Source: Heteronotia binoei (Eukaryota). Taken from it: DNA of 64,000 bases. The notes under the pieces are model-generated. The model did not search any database. It had not been told where the DNA came from and saw nothing but the letters and a program-made list of their open reading frames with translations. The translations under genes and the position numbers were made by a program. Below, piece after piece: positions 12,889 through 25,904 of the stretch. Position 1 is the first letter of the stretch. Every line of letters begins with the position of its first letter. The stretch spans positions 67,270,001 to 67,334,000 of the forward strand of contig NC_083243.1 in the NCBI RefSeq assembly GCF_032191835.1, written 5' to 3'.

Positions 12889-13593
12889 GAGATATAGATC
12901 TACTTTATAGATAGATAATGTTTGGATCTTAAATTCAAAGGAGACCAGAAATCCATCTAATCCAGTATACCTTATCATTAACCACCAAAAAGTTCCCTAG
13001 AAAAACAGACATGTAGGTTGAAAGAAAAGGCAATTCAGATATAGATAGAGGGATCCCCTCTGCACTATAACTCTGAATAGGAGATTTTGCTGTTTCTTTC
13101 TCTTCATTTCTTGAGACTGAACTGCATAATCCCCTCACCCCCCATTTGAGGAGGTGAGTCTTCCTATCTCTTAGTATGTATAGGATTGAAGCCACAACTG
13201 AATGACTGCAATCTCTTTATTTCTCTACCTGCTTTGAAATAGGGACAAAGTTGCCTGTGAGCACAATTTTAGGCAGGGTCACTCAGCAGAAGGGCTGGAT
13301 CCATGATCCCTTTCTATCAGAAACACACAAAAAATCCACTCATTTCCCAATATTTCAACAACTAAATTAATAAAAAAGATTTTAAAAAAGAAAGAAAACA
13401 CTTAAGCGCATGCAAAGAAAAAAATAGTGATTTTTTTTTTTGTTTTTTAATGATGCTCTTTTTTATGTGTATTTGTGTGGCTTCCATAACTGGAGTAGAT
13501 GGAGACTAGCAGTAACTGAAACTGCATTGAAACTTTTGGTAAGACGTTATGCCTATTCAGGGCTTCAGTTTTAGCTGTCATATACAGCTAGGG

Positions 13594-13635
13594 GAGAGAG
13601 AGAGAGACTGACTGACTGACTGACTGACTGACTGA
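13594..13635. repeat. (GA)n-(CTGA)n microsatellite
   Basis: Read directly from the sequence. Confidence 0.95.
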
Positions 13636-16389
13636 TTAGATTTTAAAACAGGGCTTTTGGAGACTTGGATTTTCCCTGGAACAAACCTCTAACAAACAGA
13701 GAGGCATTTGAAAGGTAAAGACTCTTAAGGAGCCTTTTTTGTGTACCAGGTGCAATCAGAAGTTTGGATCAATGCACTGAAAACTGGATTTAACTGGGAC
13801 ACAGCCATGTACCCTGCACACACTTGTCATAAAGAACTGCTTGAACCCTGTTTTTGACTCCTGCCCGTCTTGCAATGTTTGTTATTGGCAGTATACTTCT
13901 GCAATAGATGCAGGGCCCTTCTGGTGGCCCTTTCAATCTCATCGAAGCCTCATTATACTCTGAAGCAAATACTCATTAGAAGATAAGAAAGGAAATGATT
14001 AGAAATTATTTTTTTTAGAACAGCAGAAGCATTTTCTGATTAAGTTTGTTTTAATGTCACAACAAAGATGCCATTGCCTTTTTGATGGAGATTGTTTTTT
14101 TGTAGAGCAATAACTGATTTTAGCATTACTGTTACTGCTAATGAAACTGTAGATGATAGTTTCCAGATTCACAGCATAAGTATTCCATGACAGTCTTTTT
14201 GATGTGTGCTGCTCCATCAGCACCCTTGCATTTTATAGAATGACATCAGCCACAGACAGCTCCTGCCCCGAGTTTACAATCTCAATATATTACAATCTAA
14301 ATGATATTTTCTCTTCATGGAGCCTCTCAAGATTGGTGCTCTTTTAAGAGGTTTGTAATAGCTAAGGAGGTACTTGGAAGCAATGAGGGCATCTCCCTAT
14401 AAAAAGGCTATAGCACTGTGCCCTCAAACTTTTACAGAGACAGAGAAGTAAACTGCCTTACAAAGGTTTCCATGTAAACTCTGCACATTTTTTGGCTGAT
14501 CCAGTTTCAGGAGAACTGGGAAAACAGAATGCAAAGAGCTGGAGGATAGTGCACAGCAGATAGCCAACAAACTCCATTACATTCCCAGACCCATCCCCAA
14601 AGTCATTAGCACAGTAGCCTGCAGTGTGTGCTAAGGAGCCAGATGTCACTCTTCCGCAGCTTGTTGTCTGATGGCTGCCATTTAAGCAGAAGGAGGTGGA
14701 AAGCTTTGTGCTGAGCTACACACTGTGTGGAAAGCCATCCTTTTACCCACTGCAGGGTCTCTTGTTTATTTTATGAAACGCTAGAAAAAGCATTCTCCAC
14801 TAAGTGGGAGGGCTAGATCAAGAATGCCTCTTCTAGAGCACCTTATTGGGGGAAAACATCCTCATCCCCCCTCCCATTTGCACTTATTCTGACTCAGATT
14901 AGAGATGGTAGGTGGTTTGTTGTATCCATCCCACCTTCATGCTACTAAGACAGAAAATTCGAGACTAGGATAATGCTGGCTTGAAGGGCTCTTGAACAAG
15001 GCTCTCTCATTGCCTTGGATAGGGGAGGAACATTCAGACCGATTTTGCACTCACTCTACGCCGCTCTCACGTTCATCTTCTCAGCATGGTGCCCTTCTGA
15101 TTTCCCACTATCTGCCCCGGGGCTGCAGCAAAGATCAGCATTTAAGCGCATCAAACAGAAACTGGTTTGCTGCACTTAAACGCCAATCTTTGCTGCAGTC
15201 CCAGGGCATATAGTGGGAAATCGGAAGGATGCCACGCTGAGAAGATGAACATGAGAGTGGCATAGGTTGAGTGTGAAATGAGTCTCAGTCTAAAATTTCT
15301 CAATTTTTCAAATTTCCTTGCTGCCCCATACAATGTGAAAGTGGTGGTGGCTTGTAAAATGCATGCCCCTCTAAAGTTAGCCAGAGAATCATGACCAGGC
15401 TACATGCAATAAATGTAATTGCAAAAGAAAGATGTCAGATTCCCATGGCAATTCTAACATGACTTAATCAAAATTCTGAGGCCTCTTACTCCCTGGCCAC
15501 AACATTTATGGGATAAAACCCAGATTTTCTAAGTCATCTCAGAAATATCTCTCACACTGTGAGCTTCTCCTTGAAGGCTCAGTCACTCTTCATCTCCTGA
15601 CACATCAGTACTCCCTCAGGCTGGATGCCAGTCAGAAAGACTGTCCTACAAGAGCCCCAACATATCTGTCACTGGCAACTTTGAGTCACATGACCCATAA
15701 GAAATCTCAGACAATAACACAGAGTTCCAGATACATCCCCAGTGCAATGATCAGCCATTATCCCTGTGGAAGTTATAAAATGCCTCCCTTTTTGTTTCAA
15801 TCCTTGAACCTTTTCTCATCACCAGCAGGAGATCACGATCTGTTCTTCAGGACAGACCGCATGAACTAATTTCTTCCTTACTCCTTCCTTCCTAATACCA
15901 TGCTTCAGCATCCTATCACACCTTCCATCTTTTTAGCTCCAAACTTCTTTCCTGCCTTTTGGCAAGCTGGATTTGATCTTCTTGCCAGCCTCCCCTAATA
16001 TGGACTCCTTCTCCTCTATTCCCACTCACCCCCTCAACTGTCACTCACATTTCTATTTAGGAATAATCCTTCAGTTTTCTCAGTTCCAAGATGTTTTTTT
16101 TCCTTGGAATACCAACATGGGAAGAGCACATTATTTTAGGAGGAAATTAATTTTATTTGAATACTAGGATTATTATAAAAGTTTCTTAGGTAAATTGCTG
16201 CCTCTGTAATCACTTAACTGTTGAAAATTGCCATCTGCACCTGCTGTTTAGGACTGATCTATATATGAAACCTAATACTTTCCCTTATCTTTTGCTACTT
16301 GTATTTTGGTTAGGACAATAGTTGCAATCTGTTTAAGCATCCATCTCCCTCCCTTTTCTTCATTGGAGGTATATAAAGTTTTGTCATGC

Positions 16390-16785
16390 CTATGTAAACC
16401 AAAGCCCCCCACCTCCCCGGTTGTCAGACACCCTTGTGGAGGTGGGAGTCCCTGCCTCCCAGCTCTGCTCCCCAGCTACTCATCAGCTGGCCAGTGGGGA
16501 GGGATTTACCAGAAGAAAGAGAAAAGCCCAGGCCGTGTCATGAATTTCACATAGGAAGTGATGACATCTCACCAGCAATTTCCAGGTGATGCTGTGGTAT
16601 TTGGGTAAAAACTCTATGGTAGAAGCTGGTTTTACTATAGAGTTTTTTCTCAAATATCAGAGCATCACCTGGAAGTCACTATCACAATTACATCACTTCC
16701 TATGCAACACTAGCAATGTGGGCTGGACCTTTCTCTTTCTCCTGGTAAGTCCCTTCATCCCTCACTGGAAGGACCTGGTAACGCT
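16390..16785. mobile_element. Palindromic MITE (TAGGGTTGCC-related) with an internal ~155-bp imperfect hairpin; left boundary approximate
   Basis: Right end GGACCTGGTAACGCTA; paired segments CATAGGAAGTGATG/CATCACTTCCTATG, TTCCAGGTGATGCT/AGCATCACCTGGAA and AAAAACTCTATGGTA/TACTATAGAGTTTTT. Confidence 0.7.
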
Positions 16786-16852
16786 ATGGGCAACCTCTTT
16801 CTGTATAGGTTTGGTGCAGGCCAGGAAAAGCAATAAGACCTATGGCCATATT

Positions 16853-17309
16853 CTGGGGTCTTTTTGTAGAAAAATAGGTGGTGGAGCTCATTATCATAAC
16901 TCATTAGTGAATGCTGTCCCCCAACCAGCCAAAAGCAACCTGATGCAAGAAAGGAGAGCCCCGGGTGAGTGAGGCTTGGGTTGGCTAGAGATCCAGCCAG
17001 CTCAAGCAGGCCTCGCTCACCTGGAGCTCTCCTTGGCCACCTCCACCCCCACAGTCAAAAGGCCAGCAAGCCACCTACCACCCAAAATCACATAAGAAAT
17101 GGAGAAAGGGTGGTGTGGGCTTCTCCAGGGGTTAATGAGGGCTGCTGGGAGTGTGGCAAAGCCCCTGGTGGCTGGCTGGCTGCCTGCTCTCCTAATGCAG
17201 GGATTGTTATGCAGCTGCACCTACTATTCAATGGACAAGGTAGGTGGGGAGGAAGAGGGGGAACCCTCAGAAGAACCCTCCTATGAGCTCCTTGTGAATT
17301 CAAGGCCTG
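16853..17309. mobile_element. hAT MITE, long relative of 7019-7177
   Basis: Shares both ends with 7019-7177; degenerate TSD GCCATATT/GCCATTAT (6/8). Confidence 0.75.
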
Positions 17310-19253
17310 GCCATTATAAAATTTGAGTCAGGGTGCAGTTGCCCAAATGCTGGCAAACCTCAAGGGATAGTCATATAGGGAACCCACAAACTGGGGGAGT
17401 TCAGCATTCAGATTATAATAATTAACCTACACATTTTATTTTGTATCTTCATTTGGGGGGCATAATGGCAATTAGCAGTACTAAGTCCTTCCCTGGTCTA
17501 ATTCACTACTTTGTCTGACAAGAAAAACTGCTGTACACATCTAGTTCTGAGCTGCAGATAGAAAAAACATGCTCTGTCCTCTGGTACTTTCCTGACAGCC
17601 ACAGATTCCTAACTGGTTTCCCCCTTTGGATAGATTTCCTTTCAGAGTATATGGCTCTGTTTAAAAATTCAGTTGTGTATTATTAAAATGGGATTCAGGA
17701 TTGGCATGTTTGGAAAATCTGATTTCCTAGAGCTGACCTTCTGAATACCCATGGTAAATACATGCTTGCCTTCATGGGTAGTAATCAAGACTCAAAAGAG
17801 TAGGCAGCATTAAATCACCCTTGAAGGAGCTAGGGAAAGTTTTATGCAACCATAAACTTATTTAGGGGCAAAATATCAGCACTCAGATTTTCTGCCTAGA
17901 AAATATATGCACATCCTCAAGCAGGTAATTGGGTTCTAGAATCTTGCATATGCATGAACAAAATGAGTAATTGCATGTGCAGGCTACTGCTAGTGCGTGA
18001 AATTACCTGTTTTGCAAGTGTAAATTGTTGTTTTTGCATGCACATTTACCTGTTTGCTGTGTTTATATTTTGCTGGTTTGAGTTAGCTGCCTGTGTTTGA
18101 AAATTTTGATCCTAAGGATATAAACAAAAAAGTCAAAGCAGAATTAATTGTGAGTGGGAATAAAACAAATACTGCATTCTGTGTCTTTTTTTTTTAATGC
18201 TGTAATGTGGCAATGTTTATCTCGTACAATATTTATCAAGCACCTATACACTGTGCCATTGCCAATGCTCCTCTCCGCATTCCTCAATACAAGAACATTT
18301 ATCTACACAGAGGAACTATTTTGTATAAACTGAGCACTGGTTTAGATGACAGAGTATAGGTGTTTCTCCCCTCTTTCTTTTAAAGGAATAAATTATTCCT
18401 GTGTTTCAGTTCATCTAGACTGAAACAAAAGGACTGGGCAACATTGTTTAGTGCAAGTGATTGAGTACAGAGAATTCTGTGATGAAAGCAGAAGCCAAGT
18501 GCAAGCTATGAAATATGTTGGTTTTCCAAATGCTATGAATTTAGAACATAATTTATAATCCCCAATTCAGCTATGCACCAGCCCTACAATTTATCCATGA
18601 CATGTACGGTGCTGCTGATAGCACTCATGCAGTTAAATTCTATTCACCACACAGCACTGCTGGGGTTGGTTTCTCTAGAGCAGAACAAAATATTAATTTC
18701 GATTTATTTTCAGTTTCCTAGGTGAATATTAATATGCCAGGACAGCAGCACCTGTGAGACAGCCAGCAGTGTGAAGCCAAAAAAGAAAACACCAGAACTC
18801 CATGGTGCTTAGACCTGTGAACAAACCACTTTCACATTTGCAGGTACAGATTATCACCAGTCTCATTCTCAGGTGCTTCCAAAATTCTCCAAATCAGAAT
18901 ATCTTCCCACATGTTGGAGCTGTGAATTACCTGGTCTGGTTTCTGAAGTAGGATCAGAACAGATCTTACATTGTGCTCTCTCTCTCTCTCTTCTGCACAG
19001 AGCACTGTCCATGTGCAGTGTGCCACAGCTTCACCCTTTCTACATTAGCAAAGCACACATAGGTTAAAAAAACCCACTGTATACACATCATTATCCCTAT
19101 CTCTAATAAACAAGAGCTGGTTTCTATAAGGACAGGCAAATCCACACAAAGCAGCTGCTTATGAGATTCTACAAATCCAAGGGGAACTCCATCTTTTTTA
19201 AAAAATGAGGATACAACCTCCTGAAAAGCTAATAGCAACATCTGCACATGACT

Positions 19254-19475
19254 TAGGGTTGCCAGCCTCCAGGCAGGGTCTGGAGTTCACCTAGAATTAC
19301 AACTGATCTCAAGAACACAGAGATCCGTTCCCCCAGAAAAAAATGGCAGCTTTGGAGGGTAGACTTTATTTCATTATACTGTGTTGAGATCCTCCCCTCC
19401 CTTTCCAAAACCCTGCCCTCTCTAGCTCTGCCCCAAAATCTCCCGGAATTTCTCAACCCAGAGTTGGCAGCTCTG
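19254..19475. mobile_element. hAT MITE (short TAGGGTTGCCA family)
   Basis: TAGGGTTGCCA...TTGGCAGCTCT termini; similar to 49197-49383; TSD not recognisable. Confidence 0.7.
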
Positions 19476-20181
19476 GCACTTGTGCAACCCTGCGTCCCCC
19501 AACCCTCTCCCCTCAAAGTTTTGGAAACATTTTATCATCAGTCTAAAATGACACAGTAAAACATGTCAATGGCCATCAGGAGCAACCAAGAAGGGAATAT
19601 TGAACCTGGTTTTAGACTGCTTCCTTCCTCCCACTTCTCCTTTGCCTTGTTGAAGGAGGAGAAAAAAGTGGGCAGAAGAGGATAGGGATAGGGAAGCCAG
19701 AGCTGGTAGGGGGAAGGAAGCGGTAATGCCAGGCTTGTCTTTTGCATTTCAGCCTGACACAAGGCTGTCAGCAGAGAGTTTGACACAAAACAGACACAAA
19801 CCCTGGTAGCAAGGAACTTCAGAGCCAAGGTTCCTGATTGCCATGATTTAAGCAGCAGCTAACAAAACAGTTTTAAAATGTTTATGAAAGTTTATTAAAA
19901 TGGTGCATAGTTCTAAAAGAGAAAAGCAATTAACTGAAAGACAATAAAGACAGTAAAACTTCTAGTACACTCTTATGTCTGGTGCATCTAGAAGGCAGAT
20001 TACCAAAGAGCTCAGTCAGAAAACAGTAGCCGCAGCATTCTGGCAGACCACCCAGGAGAAGCAATCTTGGAGAATCTTCCTTCAGACTGATGTGGTGACA
20101 GTCTGCATCCCGAAGAGACCTGACAACCAGGGGAAATCATAAGTTTTTATAAGAAATATCCCCCAGGGCAGGAACCCAATA

Positions 20182-20480
20182 GAAGAAGAAGACCACAGAT
20201 TTATACCCCACCATTCTCTCTGAATCAGAGACTCAGAGCGGCTTAGAATCTCCTTTATCTCCTTCCCCCACAACAGACACCCTGTGAAGTGGGTGGGGCT
20301 CAGAGAGCTCTCCCAGAAACTGCCCTTTCAAGGACAACTCCTACGAGAGCTATGGCTAACCCAAGGCCATTCCAGCAGCTGCAAATGGAGGAGTGGGGAA
20401 TCAAACCCCGTTCTCTCAAATAAGAATCTGTGCGCTTAACCACTACACCAAACTGGCTTAACCACTACACCAAACTAGCC
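20182..20480 (-). mobile_element. tRNA-derived Squam1-like SINE with duplicated head
   Basis: Reverse complement of the copies at 20647 and 25113; 22-bp head segment repeated at about 20435-20478; (CTT)n tail. Confidence 0.9.
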
Positions 20481-20646
20481 AATCAGAAGACTCCTGCTAG
20501 CTTAGGTCATCACAACAAAGAGCCATGCTTTTGTTAAATAAATTGGTGTTTTCTATGTGCTGGCATTAAGATTAAACTGATCTATTTTGGATAGAGGGGG
20601 GATCTGAGAAAAGGAGCGTTCAAATTCCCACACTTGTCTCTCTTCT

Positions 20647-20921
20647 GGCGAGCCAGTTTGGTGTAGTGGTTAAGTGTGTGGACTCTTATCTGGGAGAACC
20701 GGGTTTGATTCCCCACTCCTCCACTTGCACCTGCTAGCATGGCCTTAGGTCAACCATAGCTCTGGCAGAGGTTGTCCTTGAAAGGGCAGCTGCTGTGAGA
20801 GCCCTCTCCAGCCCCACCCACCTCACAGGGTGTCTGTTGTGGGGGAGGAAGGTAAAGTATATTGTGAGCCGCTCTGAGACTCTTCGGAGTGGAGGGCGGG
20901 ATATAAATCCAATATCTTCTT
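20647..20921 (+). mobile_element. tRNA-derived Squam1-like SINE
   Basis: A box TGGTGTAGTGG, B box GGGTTTGATTCCC, tail ATATAAATCCAATATCTTCTTCT. Confidence 0.92.
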
Positions 20922-21928
20922 CTCAAGGCCAACAGTGCCTGGCCAGCTAAGCTGTAATTGCTGATAAAAGGAATTGCCCATTAGTATAACCTAAAAAGTG
21001 ACACACCAGAGGACTTATAACCTTATTTTAATTACAATTTCACTACAGAAGCCAGGTCAGCAAGAGGGTAAGAACAGGCAGACCAGTCAAAAGTGGAGAT
21101 GCTGGGGTAGGGAGGAAGCTGGAGACAGAATTGAATGTGGAGCAAGATGTGATAGTAAGAAGGGAGATAAGACAATACCCACTTCTCACAAGTCCTTATA
21201 GGTCTGCCTTGTGAACTTATCTTAAAAGCATCTAACAAAGTAAGTGCTGTACAAAAATTGAAAGAGCAAAAGAAAAATCTTCATGCAAAGATGTGTACAA
21301 CTTTATTGATTGTATATCAGTTTTTTTCTATGCACATCAACAAAACTGATAGAAATGAGCCACTTTGAGTTCTGCTGATTGAATAGAAAGTGGGATATAA
21401 ATATTTTAAATATATTAAATAGTATCAAAGTAAAACAGTACATAAAGAACCTTTTGAATCATGACTTCTGGATGACAAAACTGAGAGCTTAAAAACCTCT
21501 GTAGCGAAATGGGCTATTTGATAATGAAGCATGATGTAATACGTGCAGTAGTGTAGATCTGCCTCAACCACATCCTCACTCCAATATAACCTGATGCTCT
21601 CTTGAAACACAAACTACCATTTGCCAAAGACCCACACCATTTTCTGTCATTGTGTTGGTGGTGCCATTTTACCCTCACAAATGCACTACTTTTAAGTGCT
21701 GTCAAAGTGAAATACGTTACCACCATAATTAGATGCTCTTCTTTCATACTTGAGATGCTTTAAAAAAGACTGGGTTGTTTATGTGGTTGGGTCAGTCCAA
21801 ATGCTTTCTTCAAATTAATATTCAGGCCATTTTGGCTTGACCATTCATGAGCAGTACCAGCAGAGCAAGAAATATTTCCCATTCTGGGTTGACGTTCCAC
21901 TTCTTATATATTCATTTCCCATCCCAAA

Positions 21929-23222
21929 TGTGAGGGAAAAAACCCCTTTCCGAACATCGTAGTCACCAGCATGGTTGCCAGAGCACCTGGAGAAGTAACT
22001 CACACACGTCTGGCCAGAGAGTGTGGGCAAACCTATCCAGGGACTTAAAGGACTTATGTGTACAAGCAGCCACAAGTTACCTAGGCACCCTAGACTGGTA
22101 CAAGAGTGCCTACTAGCATAACGGACGTCTTCCCATCGTCCCGTATGCCAGTCATGGAGTGGAAGAAACTGCTCCACCAAGGAGCTATCCAGGCAAACGG
22201 TTATGAAGCACTGACCATGGAATCCACCGTGGAGGGCTAACACCACACGCAGCCATCTTCCCGCCAGGCTTGACTCCATTTCAGTGTAACAGAAGGCTCA
22301 TGTACACACCAGATGTCATCTTTAGCCTACAAGCAACCCATTTACCCAAAGAATGGTTAATTATCCAACAGTCACTCTCTTTGTTCAATGGAACAAAGAC
22401 CAGTGCCCAGAAGAAGACAGAAGAAGGAAGACCATCTTGAGCCAAGGGCCAAGTCCTTTGTCTAAGTCGGGTGTTACCTAGGCCAACATATGACTCTCTA
22501 TTGTCACCCTTTTAGATAAGCCCATCTAATCTTAAGTGTCCCCCACCCAGTAGTTACCTCTATTCTTCTTCCCAACTGTCACTTTGGAGCTGCCCTCGGG
22601 GCCGTTTTAACCTGAAAGTTCTCTCAGGTACACAGGATCCAGGCAAGTCCATTGGTCAAGAGCAAGCACCCAATTAGGTTCCACCAATGAACTTTCTATT
22701 GGCTACTGCAGTAGTCCAGCCCTTATGGTCACTGCAGAGCCTCCCTTTTCTACTCCCTTGTACCTCCCATCCCCTAAGGGCTCAAGAGAGTCCTTATAAC
22801 CTGTGGACTAGCTACCCACAGGTGTGCTTCTATCAATATCCCACCTTCCGCTGCATAGATCCATCCCTGATTCCTGATCAGTTTCAGGTCCTTTACCCAT
22901 GCCCTCACTCGTCACCAATTGGAGCCTTCCTCGAAGACTACGATAGGTAAATATTACCCTGTGTGTCTACCCTTTTTGTTCCCCTATCCATCTATCTATA
23001 TTTCCTAGGACTGTATGTGTGATTGTATGAGCATTTTATCTTGAATGGAAGTCTATATTTTCCCAATAAATTATAATTGATTTTACTAAATTAGAGTCCC
23101 CAAGCATTTTAAGCATTACTCTCTGGATGTGTATCTTGTATACATTGGGAAAAGATCCCTAGTGAGCCAGGTGCCCACCTGACTAATTCCCCAACCTCGT
23201 TTTGAGGGCATTTTGGCTTACA
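21929..23222 (+). mobile_element. Putative solo LTR (1294 bp)
   Basis: TG...CA ends with imperfect terminal IR (TGTGAG/CTTACA); 4-bp TSD CAAA at 21925-21928 and 23223-23226; CCAAT/ATTGG boxes, a TATAA motif and AATAAA in the expected order. Confidence 0.65.
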
Positions 23223-24358
23223 CAAAGCAAGTGCAGACTGATTTATCACTAAAGAGATGTACTGTTGTATTTTGTTGATAAACAATTCTTGAAATTTCCT
23301 TAGATGTATTACATATTACAGTTAATGATGAACAATAAACCTTCACCAGATTTCATGATTTTCAAGCCAAACGTTGTCTGCCCAGTGTTCTTACCTGAAT
23401 CTTTCAGGAAACAGCTAAGCAAACTGCATGAAAATCAAAATATTCCTCAGCATTTTCTCTTTTACATAAATCACCAAACTTGATTTTTAATTCTTTTGAG
23501 AGCTGCAGTGTTGGAGCTACCACATATGATCTGGTCAGCTATTCTAACACATCTTTGTTATGCCATTATTGATTTGTTATAATGGGTCTATGTACAATTT
23601 ATACAAACAGTAGATACCAGTTGCAGTATTCATTAACCACTTATCTCTTCTCTACATCCATGCCAATTTTTTTTTCAGTCTCTCCCTCCCACTTAATTTA
23701 TCCTTAATCAAAATTCCTTATATGTTAGATACTTTAGACTCTTGTGTTTGAATTTCCCTACTCAGTTAAAACAGGAAGATAGCTCTGAAGAGTGGAGAGA
23801 TCCTTGGACTAGTGTGTTAAGAAATTGCCTTTTAAATCCAGAGGAGCCAGTTAAAACTCAAGAAGAGTACTGGTGTGTTTAGTGAAGGAGTTTGTGTACT
23901 GGGCAGAGTATCCCTGCCTTCTGGAAACCAAAAGAACCAGATATGCTCAAGAAAGTATACTGGAGTGTTTGGGAAACACTGAAACAGAAGTCTTTCATTT
24001 TATTTTAAGTCATTATGAAAAGTTTAAGAAATTCTCAGTTGCTTGAAACATATGAACTATAGTCTGTGTCTATATTGATTTATCTCAGAAATTTTACCCT
24101 CATTTCACCTGACCTTTCCCTTCATTTCATGGTTTAAGTTAAAGGGGACCTCAACCCTTTCCTCAGGTTTCTGGGCTGAGCCAGCAGCAAAATTTCATAC
24201 TGTGACAAGGTGGGCCAGCCATGGTTATGCAAAAGGGAAAAAAAGAAATAAATAGGGCTGCTCAATCAGAAAGGGAGAGAAAAATGGAAGAGGTCATCAG
24301 ATACATATTAGTGAAACAAAATAAACAGAATTTCAGGTTTTCACGGCTGGTAACAACA

Positions 24359-24519
24359 TTAGGGTTTGTAGAGTCTTTCGGGATCAAGTGCCGTGTTCTA
24401 CTGGAGAAAGTTTTCCTTCCAGACGTTTCGTTCTCCGCAGCTGAGAACGAAACGTCTGGAAGGAAAACTTTCTCCAGTAGAACACGGCACTTGATCCCGA
24501 AAGACTCTACAAACCCTAA
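24359..24519. repeat. Perfect palindrome (two 77-bp arms, 7-nt loop) derived from a Penelope-like element terminal repeat, containing the 3' half of a hammerhead ribozyme on each strand
   Basis: 24359-24435 is the exact reverse complement of 24443-24519. The centre reads GTTCTC-CGCAGCT-GAGAAC-GAAACGTC, i.e. stem II, the GAAA core and a GUC triplet. Confidence 0.9.
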
Positions 24520-25112
24520 AAATAAACAGGCATTTTCTTATGGTTTAACTTGTTTTTTCTGGTGCTGTACACATTTTTTGTGAGATTCAACTTTTGTTGA
24601 ATAAATTGGTGTTTTGGAAAGAGGTGGTTAGAAAAATGTTTATGAAATTATTTAATATCTGTCTGAAGAGATTGTTTTCTTCTTCTGCCACTGTTCTGGC
24701 ATCATTTTTTTTTACTTCCTCACTAAGTGATTGCAGACAATTGGAGATCATGTAGGGAGCAAGATGATGCCATGGCTTCATGTAGCCAATAATATTTAGT
24801 TTTGTAATGATATCTCTGAGGGTAAACAAAGTTCTCCCATTTTCTTACCTGTTGCCTCAGCAACCATACAGATACCCACCATGGTAGTACACTCATTACC
24901 TGCCAGAACTGTGTGGTAATTCTGCACATAATTATATATAACTACTTGGGGCAGCATGTGGATGGAGATGTAATTCAAATGCACATCCATATTCAGTACA
25001 AACTAGTCAAATAAAATGAATCAGAAGAAGGAAAAATGGCTCAGTTGCCTCAACAATTAGGATATATTCCCTTTTCTCTTGACTATCATCTCTTTGAAAA
25101 TCATATAAAGCT

Positions 25113-25412
25113 AAAGCCAATTTGGTGTAGTGGTTAAGTGCGCAGACTCTTATCTGGGAGAACCGGGTTTGATTCTCCACTCCTCCACTTGCACGTGCTA
25201 GAATGGCCTTGGGTCAGCCATAGCTCTGGCAGAGGTTGTCCTTGAAAGGGCAGCTGCTGGGATAGCCCTCTACAGCCCCACCCACCTCACAGGGTGTCGG
25301 TTGTGGGGGAAGAAGGTAAAGGAAATTGTGAGCTGCTCTGAGACTCTTCAGAGTGGAGGGCGGGATATAAATCCAATATCATCTTCTATCTTCATCTTCA
25401 TCTTCATCTTCT
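25113..25412 (+). mobile_element. tRNA-derived Squam1-like SINE
   Basis: Same A/B boxes and body as the 20647 copy; (ATCTTC)n tail. Confidence 0.92.
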
Positions 25413-25904
25413 AAAGGGATGTAAAAACAGAATGTTCCGTTTGCAGCAAGTGAAATTTTTCACAAAGTTTGGTTCACTATTTCTTTTAATGAATCAGAAG
25501 TCTCTAACAAATTTGATGGATGGTGTTGCTAAAAACTAGGATTTACTCTCCAACCATCCTCCCTATTCCCTTTTCTTCCATACACAGTCCACAACAGATG
25601 ATGTCTTGAAAGCCTAGTGTTACAGTGTTATTCTAGCAGCATGATATATATTATAGCTAAAATGACCTCTACATCTTCAAGGTTTGCTAAATCTTAAATT
25701 TAAGCTACCTGCTTCAGAAAAAGTATCTGAAACAATAACTTTTTATGTTGCAACAAACATTACATTTAATGAGTATAGTGCACATGTAATGATACACTGA
25801 ATCAGTATGAAGCCTCAAATAATGATTTCTGTTGGCACTATAAAAGGAATGTAATTTTTCTTGTTGAAATACCATTTTTCAGTTACTGCATGACTGATGT
25901 GGTA

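Noticed and set aside
13114-13157. Strong GAG|GTGAGT donor with an upstream pyrimidine tract
   Set aside because: It would define a 38-nt exon with an unusual GAG acceptor and no recognisable peptide; insufficient support.
19850-20180. Possible minus-strand LTR fragment (AATAAA and TATAAAA motifs)
   Set aside because: No termini or TSD could be defined, and it is cut off by a SINE.
24587-24990. Protein-looking minus-strand ORFs (FTLRDIITKLNIIG...) with nearby GT/AG signals
   Set aside because: The implied intron would be only about 34 nt, there is no good downstream donor, and I recognise no homology.
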